Assembly: GCA_903825315.1 (NCBI GenBank)
Contig: CAIKAD010000003.1
Coordinates: 11,053-75,052 of the forward strand
Direction: 5' to 3'
DNA from: an uncultured Candidatus Peregrinibacteria bacterium
GTDB lineage: Bacteria; Patescibacteriota; Gracilibacteria; Peribacterales; Peribacteraceae
DNA: 64,000 nucleotides
A program made the translations under genes and the position numbers. Positions within the stretch are counted from its first letter, which is position 1, and every line of letters begins with the position of its first letter. This document shows positions 27,522 to 35,358 of this stretch, in pieces. The notes below the pieces were generated by a model. It was not told where the DNA came from and searched no databases. It saw nothing but the letters and a program-made list of their open reading frames with translations.

Positions 27522-28928
27522 CTACGCGCCCTTGCGGGAAGGACATACAGGCTGGCAAATGCCCATAAGCAGCCATCCGGAGTAAGCCACCGACGCATCC
27601 TCCCAGGCGTGCAGGAACAATGCCGCAATGCTGACGCCCAGGAAAAAGAGGGCTGTAAAGACGCGAGATCTCGCGTCTTGCTCGCTGGCTAACCCCAACC
27701 GCCGCAGTACGAGCATCGTCAATGCCACGAACAGGGCGAACCCGATCCATCCGAGCTCCACGCCGATCTGCAGATACCAGTTCTCCGGAAGGAACGGACA
27801 GTTGCACGGATGATCCAGCGGCTGGACCTGGTTGGTGCCGAGGAACACGCACAGTTCCGGCTGGCTCTTTGCCCAGGAGGGATCGTCCTGCGGTCGGAGG
27901 AACACGCACGGCTCGCGTCCGCGGTTGGTCGCCGGTCCCGCGGAGCCCAGACCCTGCCCCAGCGGATGACGGACCATTTGGCCGATCGCCTGGAGCGGGC
28001 GCGTGAGGTGCCCGCGGCTGCTCGAAAGACGGAAGAAGACGGACGGGAAGAGTGCTGTGGCGGCGATACCCACCACGATCATCAATGCGACAGTGCCAAT
28101 GATCGCACGCTTAAACATCCGCCTTGGGAGAACCCGCGCGAGTGTGACCATCACCATCACAAACGCCGCAATCCACGCCGCACGGGAGAAAGTGAGAAAC
28201 AGCGCTGCACCCAAAAGAAGAAACAGGTACATCCACCAACCACCGAACACCCCTCGAATTCCCCGGTTTCCTCGGATTCTTCGGATTCCTTCGTACAATA
28301 CGACACTCAACGGCAGAAGCAGCCACACCCCCAGCTGATTAGGTCCGCTCATTGTCGATTGGACGCGCCGCACCCAGCTTTCTCCAATCTGTTGGTACGG
28401 TGCCAGAGGCTGGTTGGGTATATAGAGGGAATGAAGATCGGAGTAGCCCAACCACACAAAGAACTTCAATGGCAATAAGAAACTGACGATCCCAATTGCC
28501 GCAATGACTCCGCCGACAATCAGAATAATTTTCGGGAGAAAAGACTTGAACCATTCCGACCACGGCACACGACGGAGAATCAGAAAGGCGATCAGCGGAA
28601 TACAGTCATACCGCGCACCAAGAATGAACTCACCCAGCGGCCGCGGCGCAATCAGGAACTGAACAACAACTGATAGAACGACAAGACTGATGATCAACCC
28701 ATCCAATAGATCGATATGACGAAACAACGCCTGAAGGGTCGGCAAGAGTTCAATGATGGCAATCAGTAAGATCAGTGCGAGAAGAGCTTCTTTCCACAGT
28801 GCTAAAACAGTCAGCGGCGCATGACCGGGACCCAGAATAATGCGCGTCCCCGCCGTAACGAGAAGCGCATGAAAGGGGAGGAGTCCCAGCAGGAGGAGCG
28901 TCAGATATTCGCGAAGCTTTTGAAGCAT
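27522..28928 (-). CDS. O-antigen ligase / Wzy-like polytopic membrane protein
   Basis: 468-aa ORF with 10 or more hydrophobic helices. Wzy_C-like segment LFLTFSRAAWIAAFV. Confidence 0.6.
   Translation of the reverse strand: MLQKLREYLTLLLLGLLPFHALLVTAGTRIILGPGHAPLTVLALWKEALLALILLIAIIELLPTLQALFRHIDLLDGLIISLVVLSVVVQFLIAPRPLGEFILGARYDCIPLIAFLILRRVPWSEWFKSFLPKIILIVGGVIAAIGIVSFLLPLKFFVWLGYSDLHSLYIPNQPLAPYQQIGESWVRRVQSTMSGPNQLGVWLLLPLSVVLYEGIRRIRGNRGIRGVFGGWWMYLFLLLGAALFLTFSRAAWIAAFVMVMVTLARVLPRRMFKRAIIGTVALMIVVGIAATALFPSVFFRLSSSRGHLTRPLQAIGQMVRHPLGQGLGSAGPATNRGREPCVFLRPQDDPSWAKSQPELCVFLGTNQVQPLDHPCNCPFLPENWYLQIGVELGWIGFALFVALTMLVLRRLGLASEQDARSRVFTALFFLGVSIAALFLHAWEDASVAYSGWLLMGICQPVCPSRKGA
28251..28296. 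repeat. TTCCTCGGATT-type repeat embedded in the ligase CDS
   Basis: ccctcgaattccccggtttcctcggattcttcggattccttcg encodes the loop YEGIRRIRGNRGIRG. The same units occur in the spacer at 42371-42420. Confidence 0.6.
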
Positions 28929-28930
28929 TG

Positions 28931-29043
28931 GAGAAGAATTTGGAATCCGGAATGTAGAATTTTGAGAGCCATTACTACGCTTTTCATGATTGATAATTAC
29001 TCATTCCAAATTCAACATTCAAGATACTAGATTCCAAGTCTTG
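28931..29043. repeat. low-complexity inverted-repeat element (GAATTTGGAAT units)
   Basis: gaatttggaatccggaatgtagaatttt on the left, cattccaaattcaacattc on the right. Confidence 0.6.
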
Positions 29044-30358
29044 CCCCCTCATCCCTAAACACTTCCCCTTTCTTCAACACCTTATCGACATAGTCGATCG
29101 ACCTCTTACTCACGTCCTTGCCATAGATATTGGTGGCCTTGCGCATCTCCGCATTGTCCCACGCGTACTCAACGATCCGCTTTATGCCGGTAGCGTCCAC
29201 CGGCGGTGCAATAAGATTGCCGCCGGCCATCGCCGCCTCACTGCGATCGGACCCAAACCGGAGCGTCACACACGGCACGTCGAGGATATTCATCTCCTCC
29301 TGCATGGAACCGGAGTCCGTGGCGCACACGGAAGCCTTGCACATGGCAGCAATCACATCCACGTACTGCGGCCACACAGGCGAATAGATAAAGTTCTTGT
29401 GCTTCTCGGCCAGGTCCTCCACTTCCGCCTTGAGCCCCAGCCGCAGGAATGCGGCCTCCGTCTGAAAGAGCGAAATGAGAAGTACGCCGCGCCCCTCCTC
29501 GATGAGCGACTTCATCGCGCCGTAAATGGCAAGGAAACGCTTATCTGAGGCGCAGTTCTCGCGACGGTGAATGCAGAACCGCACAAAGTTCCCCTCGGCG
29601 AGCCGCGGATACCTGCTGAAAATCTCACTGTCTCCCGCACGGCTCACCGCCTCCATCGTGGCATCCGCCACCGAATTGCCCACAACACCGATGCGATCCT
29701 CGGGGAAGCCTTCACTGAGCAGGAATTCACGGTCCAGTTCTACAGGCGCCAAATGGATACCTGTGCCCGCCTCGCTGCAGCGCGTATTGAACTGCTCAGG
29801 ATAGGGCTCCAGGCTGCCTCGCTCCCAGTTCTTCCGGTCCATGAGGTACTGCCGCCATCCTGCCATGTCCCACGCAGCCGACGTCTGCAGGCTGAAATCG
29901 GACGCATACCGCGGCGTGAGCGTCCGGATGCCGGCTTCCACATGCACAGATGCAAATCCGTGGCAAAACCCGGCGTTGGATGCAGCCATGGCTGTGGTGG
30001 TATCGCCGTGGACGTAAGGGATCACGGTCTTTCCGCGCTCCTTCAGTTCCCCCAAAATCCATCCGAGTCGCCCGATGATCTGGCTCACCACCTCGTACAT
30101 CGATCCACGGACGTTAAGGTTAAAATCCGGCTCCACGCCGAACTCCTTGAGCATCCCACCGCTCAGGTTGTCCGAGTAGTGCTGCCCGGTGTGGCCCAGT
30201 AGGACCAGGTGCCCGCGCTTCTGCAGCTCCTTGTACATCGGCACCTGCTTGATGATATCGGGCTTGGTTGCAATCATGATCAAATGCACCCGCCGCTCCT
30301 TGCGGGAGCCCATGTCATCGAAAAATGTAGGTGAACGGAAGGTGACTTCTTTCATCAA
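29027..30358 (-). CDS. UDP-N-acetylglucosamine 2-epimerase (non-hydrolysing, WecB/MnaA family)
   Basis: IATKPDIIKQVPMYKEL..HTGQHYSDNLSGGMLKEFG and HVEAGIRT motifs. An ATG at 30313 is an alternative start. Confidence 0.8.
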   Translation of the reverse strand: MMKEVTFRSPTFFDDMGSRKERRVHLIMIATKPDIIKQVPMYKELQKRGHLVLLGHTGQHYSDNLSGGMLKEFGVEPDFNLNVRGSMYEVVSQIIGRLGWILGELKERGKTVIPYVHGDTTTAMAASNAGFCHGFASVHVEAGIRTLTPRYASDFSLQTSAAWDMAGWRQYLMDRKNWERGSLEPYPEQFNTRCSEAGTGIHLAPVELDREFLLSEGFPEDRIGVVGNSVADATMEAVSRAGDSEIFSRYPRLAEGNFVRFCIHRRENCASDKRFLAIYGAMKSLIEEGRGVLLISLFQTEAAFLRLGLKAEVEDLAEKHKNFIYSPVWPQYVDVIAAMCKASVCATDSGSMQEEMNILDVPCVTLRFGSDRSEAAMAGGNLIAPPVDATGIKRIVEYAWDNAEMRKATNIYGKDVSKRSIDYVDKVLKKGEVFRDEGARLGI

Positions 30359-30428
30359 AGAAAGAATAGCTGGGACTAGCCAGGAAAGGAACCCTATGCA
30401 GGATGCTCACAAAAAAGCGGCAGAGCGA

Positions 30429-31034
30429 TTACTTCCGCCGCAGCGATGCCACCCATTCAATGAACTTGCCCATAAAATGATCCTGCGCCTGACGCTGCTC
30501 CTGCGTGAGCGTGTTCACGATCTCATCTACTTTTAACTGGATATCAACCCCCTCCCACCGCTCCAAAAGCTTTGCGGAACGGAAGGGATGTTCACCATCC
30601 CAGTCCTCAGGGAACGTCCAGAACCCGTACGGTTGAAGCGGGGGATCCCATGTGAGATCCACGTCGATCCATTCGTCCTTGCTGTTCTTAACCTGTGCAA
30701 AGGTATGGTTTTGCGGCCAATGATGATCTTCGAGAAACTCCCTGAGCTCCTTTGGATACTGAATCTCCTCCTCGTGCCAATGGAAGGTGCTCACAACCGG
30801 TCGCGCTTCCATGCCGAGCTGCCGGCATCCTTCCAAAAAGACACGGTGTTTCCCGCGGCACGTCCCCATACCTTTCTGCAACACCTCAGGGATAAGCCGT
30901 GCCTCTCCCCATGGAATAGCGGCAACCGCATGCGCGAGCTCAATGAGCGCAATATCCGGTTCCAATCCTACGATGTCATTCTGCGCAAGGAATCCTGCGA
31001 CAAGATCGGCATCCTGATGAGGGGAGTGGGACAT
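30429..31034 (-). CDS. transglutaminase-like cysteine-protease-fold protein
   Basis: GTCRGKHRVFLEGCR...HTFAQV...DVDLTWD gives Cys-His-Asp spacing typical of the transglutaminase core. Confidence 0.55.
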   Translation of the reverse strand: MSHSPHQDADLVAGFLAQNDIVGLEPDIALIELAHAVAAIPWGEARLIPEVLQKGMGTCRGKHRVFLEGCRQLGMEARPVVSTFHWHEEEIQYPKELREFLEDHHWPQNHTFAQVKNSKDEWIDVDLTWDPPLQPYGFWTFPEDWDGEHPFRSAKLLERWEGVDIQLKVDEIVNTLTQEQRQAQDHFMGKFIEWVASLRRK

Positions 31035-31048
31035 GAGATGGAAAGAAT

Positions 31049-31717
31049 TCAGATACGGCCTTCACTGACCTTCGTCTCTTTGAGGGATGCGCCTTGCGTG
31101 ACAATGCCGGGGACTTCCAGGATTTCTTTCTGGATGACCTTGCCCCCTTCGACCTGATACACGTACGGCGTACAGAGACCGATCTCCAGTGTAGCCGCCT
31201 CCTCGCCGCTCAGCTTGTCGAACTCCTTGATCATCGGGCGAAGGCTGTTGCCGTGCGCCGCGATGATCACTGTTTCGCCCTTCTCCACGAACGGCAGAAT
31301 GTACTGGTGGAAAAACGGCGCCACCCGCCGCTCGCAGTCCTCATGGCTCTCGCCGTTGGGCGGACGCGTGGACCAGCTCCTGCGCCACAACTGCACCTGC
31401 TCCTCGCCGTACTTCTGGGCTGTCTCCGCTTTATTGAGCCCCTGCAGGTCGCCGTAGTGGCGCTCGTTGAGCGCGGAATCAAACGTGACCGGGTTCTTCT
31501 CCTGCCCCAGCGTCTTAAGGATAATATCCAGCGTCTCCGAAGCGCGGACGAGGCGCGAGGTGAAAGCGCGATCAATTTGATACTTCTTCAGCACGCCACC
31601 AACCGCGGCTGCATCCTTCCTCCCCCGCTCAGTGAGAGGCTGGTCGGCCCAACCGGTGAAGCGATTTTCCAGATTCCACTGTGACTGTCCGTGACGGATC
31701 AAAATGAGGGTACCCAT
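31049..31717 (-). CDS. gpmA: 2,3-bisphosphoglycerate-dependent phosphoglycerate mutase
   Basis: LILIRHGQSQWNLENRFTGW and AAHGNSLR motifs. Confidence 0.9.
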   Translation of the reverse strand: MGTLILIRHGQSQWNLENRFTGWADQPLTERGRKDAAAVGGVLKKYQIDRAFTSRLVRASETLDIILKTLGQEKNPVTFDSALNERHYGDLQGLNKAETAQKYGEEQVQLWRRSWSTRPPNGESHEDCERRVAPFFHQYILPFVEKGETVIIAAHGNSLRPMIKEFDKLSGEEAATLEIGLCTPYVYQVEGGKVIQKEILEVPGIVTQGASLKETKVSEGRI

Positions 31718-31757
31718 GTGGGGAGAATATCAGAGCGGGTGCGAATTTTCCTCCGTC

Positions 31758-31846
31758 AAAAATTCCAATGTTCAATGAACAATGATCAAAACGCTTCGTT
31801 CCCGGGATCGTTTTGGATCATTGGAATTTTGATAATTGGTCATTCT
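31758..31846. repeat. hairpin element, CCAATGATCA/TTGGTCATT family, conserved-loop subtype
   Basis: aaaattccaatg...aatgatcaaaacg CTTCGTTCCCGGGAT cgttttggatcattggaatttt. Confidence 0.75.
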
Positions 31847-31905
31847 GTAAGCAGATTTGTGTATGGAGATGAGAAAAGCAATGAATAGCATAAACTCTAA
31901 TAATA

Positions 31906-31914
31906 TGGTATAAT
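31906..31914 (+). promoter_or_regulatory. extended -10 promoter element (TGgTATAAT)
   Basis: TGGTATAAT lies 12 nt upstream of the ATG at 31927. Confidence 0.45.
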
Positions 31915-31926
31915 GTCAGTACAAAA

Positions 31927-32271
31927 ATGCACATCAGTCTCCTCTCTAAAAAGGGCTACCGCATCACGATGTTCTGGGCACTTCTGCTCTCAACACTGAT
32001 CGTGAGTATTTCAGCAACCCTTGCGCGGGCAACACTCACGCTGAGCGGGGCGCTCGTGGAAAAGCCGGACATCGCGATTTATCTGCTCATGGAACAGCAA
32101 GAAGTGGGGCGTACGGAGCTCCTGCGCGACGACAAAACCATTCGCGATTACCTTGCAGAGACCAAAGACGGCCCCAAGCTCGTCCGCCTCAAGCGCGGAC
32201 CCAACCAGTGGTATATCGAAATGGAGGAAAGTCTCCATGAAGATGAAACGGGGAGCGGATCAGGGATATAG
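31927..32271 (+). CDS. hypothetical small membrane/secreted protein
   Basis: 114-aa ORF with hydrophobic segment MFWALLLSTLIVSISATLA. No family recognised. Confidence 0.35.
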   Translation: MHISLLSKKGYRITMFWALLLSTLIVSISATLARATLTLSGALVEKPDIAIYLLMEQQEVGRTELLRDDKTIRDYLAETKDGPKLVRLKRGPNQWYIEMEESLHEDETGSGSGI

Positions 32272-32285
32272 GTACGACTGGAGAG

Positions 32286-32362
32286 ATCAATGACCAAGTA
32301 AACAATGATCAAAACGCCCCTGCTGAGGATCGTTTTGGGATTTTGGAAAATTGGTTCATTCT
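32286..32362. repeat. hairpin element, same family, CCCTGCTG-loop subtype
   Basis: caatgatcaaaacg CCCCTGCTGAGGAT cgttttggg. Confidence 0.7.
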
Positions 32363-32363
32363 C

Positions 32364-33131
32364 TCAAGAGAGAGGTTCCGATTTCCCATACCGCACTACC
32401 AGCGACGGAAAAACGAGAACAGCATTCAGAATGCGCCGCGCGCGCCACGGCTCCCGCACAAGACGCCACGCCCACTCGCATCCGAGTTTCTGGACGATCT
32501 GCGGCGCACGCTTCTGGACACCGGTAAGAAAGTCGAACGCGCCGCCCACGCCCATCGCCACTTTGACGCTCGTGAGGGACGGGAGGTAGCGCCTGATCCA
32601 CAGCTCCTGCGCAGGCGAGCCGAACGCTACAAAGAGGACGGAAGGATTGGACGCATTGATGCGCGCAATGATTTCCCGCACGTCGCTTTCCCGCGGTGAC
32701 CCGGCATAGGTGCCGGCAATCTTGAGGCGCGCGTTCCGCTCCTTAAGGCGCAGCGCTGCTTTTTCCGCCACGCCCGGTTTTGCACCAAGGAGAAAAACAG
32801 GATGGTCCGGCGTTAGGACGCGGCACAGCTCCTGCATGGTATCCACGCCCGTCACCCTGTGGGGGAGTGACTGCCTGGTGAGTCGCGCCATCCAGAGCAG
32901 CCCCGCACCGTCCGGCAGATTGAGGCTCGACGACTGCAAAATGCGCCGGAACTCGCGGTTGCGAACGGCCTCCACCAGCATCTCGCTGTTGGGGGTAACC
33001 ACCTGATGCTGGCGATGGCTCTCCAGAAAATGAAGAACCCTCATCACCGCAGCATCCATGGTGAGGGAATCGATGGGAATCCCCAGTAGTGTGACTTTGC
33101 CCGCAGAATCATCGGAAGAATGGGCCACCAT
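32364..33131 (-). CDS. WecG/TagA/CpsF-family glycosyltransferase (ManNAc transferase-like)
   Basis: LLGIPIDSLTMDAAV, VVTPNSEMLVEA, LPDGAGLLW and GVGGAFDF motifs. Confidence 0.8.
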   Translation of the reverse strand: MVAHSSDDSAGKVTLLGIPIDSLTMDAAVMRVLHFLESHRQHQVVTPNSEMLVEAVRNREFRRILQSSSLNLPDGAGLLWMARLTRQSLPHRVTGVDTMQELCRVLTPDHPVFLLGAKPGVAEKAALRLKERNARLKIAGTYAGSPRESDVREIIARINASNPSVLFVAFGSPAQELWIRRYLPSLTSVKVAMGVGGAFDFLTGVQKRAPQIVQKLGCEWAWRLVREPWRARRILNAVLVFPSLVVRYGKSEPLS

Positions 33132-33159
33132 TCACAGCATAGCACTATGTCACCTTCAT

Positions 33160-33232
33160 CCCATATTCCCATCCCCCAATACGCCACTACTCGCATATTC
33201 GAATATTCCAATATTCTGATACTCTGTTACTC
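33160..33232. repeat. low-complexity element (GAATATTC units)
   Basis: catattccc...gcatattcgaatattccaatattctgatactc. Confidence 0.6.
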
Positions 33233-33239
33233 TTTCGTC

Positions 33240-33983
33240 GTGCACAAGCTTTTCCGTCTCGCCTCGGCCGTTCTCCTCCTGACAGCCCTTACAGGCTGCG
33301 CGCCACGGCCTCAGAGCTCCACGGACCGGACGGCGGATTTTCTGGCGCTCCTCAATCCCAATGAGCTCACCCCGGTCTCTTCTGCCTCATCACGCTCCAT
33401 TGCGACCAGCAGGACGCCTCCGGTGCCAGCGACCGTTCAGGTTTCCTCATCCACCAACCCCCCCGCTCAATCCCAGGACATCGAAAGCACCCTCAATGAA
33501 GGATCGAAGGATGCGCCGCTCGAACTCCTTGTCTTCACCAATCACTCCTGCGCCTACTGCCGCCAGTTTGAAGATGAGATCATGCCAAAATTGCGGGAGG
33601 CCTTCGTTACCAAAGGGAATGTGATGATCCGTACGGCGATCCTGCCCATCCGCAAATACCCCATGTCCACCACCGAAACGCTCTCCCTCTTCTGTGCGCG
33701 CGAACAGGGGAAGGGCGCCGAATTGCATCGCGCGCTCTTCACGTTGCCGCAGCATAACCTTGCCTCCATCATGGAAGCTGCGGCCCAATGGAAGATGGAC
33801 ACGCAGAAATTCGCCATGTGCCTCTCCTCCCAGCCCGCCCTCACATTTGCCAATGCGCAGAAGGATCTGGCGGAAAGCATGCAGGTTACCCTTGTCCCAA
33901 CGCTGGTTCTCAATGGCGAGAAGCAGCCCGGTCTCCAGCGCTACGCGGACCTGCGCGGATGGATCGAAAGTAAGATGAAGTGA
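33240..33983 (+). CDS. DsbA-like thioredoxin-fold lipoprotein
   Basis: The GTG at 33240 gives (M)HKLFRLASAVLLLTALTGC, which contains a lipobox. Active site SCAYCRQF. The upstream ORF-track extension runs through a repeat element. Confidence 0.65.
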   Translation: MHKLFRLASAVLLLTALTGCAPRPQSSTDRTADFLALLNPNELTPVSSASSRSIATSRTPPVPATVQVSSSTNPPAQSQDIESTLNEGSKDAPLELLVFTNHSCAYCRQFEDEIMPKLREAFVTKGNVMIRTAILPIRKYPMSTTETLSLFCAREQGKGAELHRALFTLPQHNLASIMEAAAQWKMDTQKFAMCLSSQPALTFANAQKDLAESMQVTLVPTLVLNGEKQPGLQRYADLRGWIESKMK

Positions 33984-33997
33984 TGTATATACATTGT

Positions 33998-34270
33998 TTA
34001 TACAGATCGCGTGATGCGGACGAGCTTCCTCCGGTTCCCCCCGCCGCTCAGGAGTTCTATCTGTGAAGAATGAACATCGAATTCTTCGGCAAGAAAGCAG
34101 ACGAGCTCTTCATTCGCCTTACCCTCTTCTGCAGGGGCGGCGAGATCGATTTTGACACTGCCGTCGTCCATCACATTCTTGATCATCGTCCTGGGTGCAT
34201 TGGGGCGGGCGCGGATGGAGAGTGTGACAAAACCCTCACGCTGGAGCTGGCTGACAAATGTATCTAGCAC
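33998..34270 (-). CDS. DUF167/YggU-family protein
   Basis: FVTLSIRARPNAPR...IDLAAPAEEGKANEELVCFLAEEF...IELLSGGGNRRKLVRI. A GTG at 34270 gives the usual ~90-aa length. The ORF-track start at 34435 crosses a terminator hairpin. Confidence 0.6.
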   Translation of the reverse strand: MLDTFVSQLQREGFVTLSIRARPNAPRTMIKNVMDDGSVKIDLAAPAEEGKANEELVCFLAEEFDVHSSQIELLSGGGNRRKLVRITRSV

Positions 34271-34287
34271 AGGAACAGTGTAGCAGC

Positions 34288-34317
34288 CAAAAGGTGCCCC
34301 CGCGCAGAGGCGGGGGC
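34288..34317 (-). terminator. intrinsic terminator
   Basis: Minus strand: GCCCCCGC-CUCUGC-GCGGGGGC (perfect 8-bp stem), then ACCUUUUGG. It lies 12 nt after the stop of the 34330-34527 ORF. Confidence 0.7.
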
Positions 34318-34329
34318 GACGATTGAACG

Positions 34330-34527
34330 TCAGGAAGCGCGTATGCGTCGGGAAGTATAACTGTTCCGGCGCATCATTCGGTCTTGAGAGAGCTTCCTGT
34401 AGCCTGGCAGCACCGCTTGCCACGCCGGTTGCCACTCCGGTTGCAGCCGTCGCCGTGAAGGTGCAATAGCCTCAGCGACAGGCCACAGAATGAGCGGGCA
34501 GAGCAGTGATAAGGCGAGCGATCCCAT
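34330..34527 (-). CDS. small secreted/membrane protein (65 aa)
   Basis: Perfect SD AAAGGAGG lies 4 nt upstream of the ATG. Signal-like MGSLALSLLCPLILWPVAEA. It has its own terminator. Confidence 0.5.
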   Translation of the reverse strand: MGSLALSLLCPLILWPVAEAIAPSRRRLQPEWQPAWQAVLPGYRKLSQDRMMRRNSYTSRRIRAS

Positions 34528-34608
34528 GGTACCTCCTTTGGACGAGTGCTCTCAGGAAGGAACAACCGTTTTAGGAAGAGTAGCAGTGGGTTCCTGCCTT
34601 TCAAGGCC

Positions 34609-35274
34609 TCATTGCAGCTGTTCCCGACGCCATTTCTCAATCTCCGCATGGTTTCCGGAGAGAAGGACGGATGGAACCTTTGTGCCCCGGAATTCCTCTG
34701 GACGCGTGTAGTGCGGATACTCCTTTTTACGACCCAGGGATTCCGAAAAGCTCTCCTGCGATGCGGATTCTTCCTTGCCGAGAACGCCGGGAATTTGCCG
34801 CGCCACCGCATCGACAAGGACCATGGCAGGCAATTCGCCGCCGGTGAGGACGTAATCGCCGATACTCATCTCTTCATCAATCCATCCGTCGATCACGCGC
34901 TGGTCAATGCCTTCGTAGCGGCCGCAGAGAAGGAGGAGCCAGGGCTTTTTCGCCAGACGCTCGGCCTTGGCCTGCTTGAGCTTTCTTCCTCGCGGGGAAA
35001 AATAGATGCGATGCGGCTTGCGGCGGGGGAAATCCTTCCGTCCAAGCTCCGTGACTTTCTCGATGGCCGTAACGAGCACGTCCGCGCGCATAACCATTCC
35101 TGCCCCACCGCCATACGGCGAATCATCCACCTGATGGTAATTCCCCAAACCGAATTCCCGCAGATCGTGAAATTTGATCGTCAGGAGTCCTTCCCCCTGC
35201 GCACGCGCGAGAATGCTCTCGGTAAGAGGGCCCTGGAACATCACCGGAAACAGTGTGAGGATATCGACGCGCAT
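34609..35274 (-). CDS. trmD: tRNA (guanine37-N1)-methyltransferase
   Basis: MRVDILTLFPVMF, DDSPYGGGAGMVM, LLCGRYEGIDQRV and GDYVLTGGELPA motifs. Confidence 0.9.
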   Translation of the reverse strand: MRVDILTLFPVMFQGPLTESILARAQGEGLLTIKFHDLREFGLGNYHQVDDSPYGGGAGMVMRADVLVTAIEKVTELGRKDFPRRKPHRIYFSPRGRKLKQAKAERLAKKPWLLLLCGRYEGIDQRVIDGWIDEEMSIGDYVLTGGELPAMVLVDAVARQIPGVLGKEESASQESFSESLGRKKEYPHYTRPEEFRGTKVPSVLLSGNHAEIEKWRREQLQ

Positions 35275-35358
35275 GCGAGGATTGTAGCGGAATTTGGTGG
35301 GGGTTCCGAGGCATCGTAGAACGTCCATTATGGCTTTGGACTGCGTTTATTCAAACCA

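Noticed and set aside
33998-34435. 145-aa version of the DUF167 protein
   Set aside because: The extension reads through a perfect intrinsic terminator. It also overlaps a small ORF that has a perfect SD sequence. The DUF167 domain fits a GTG start at 34270.
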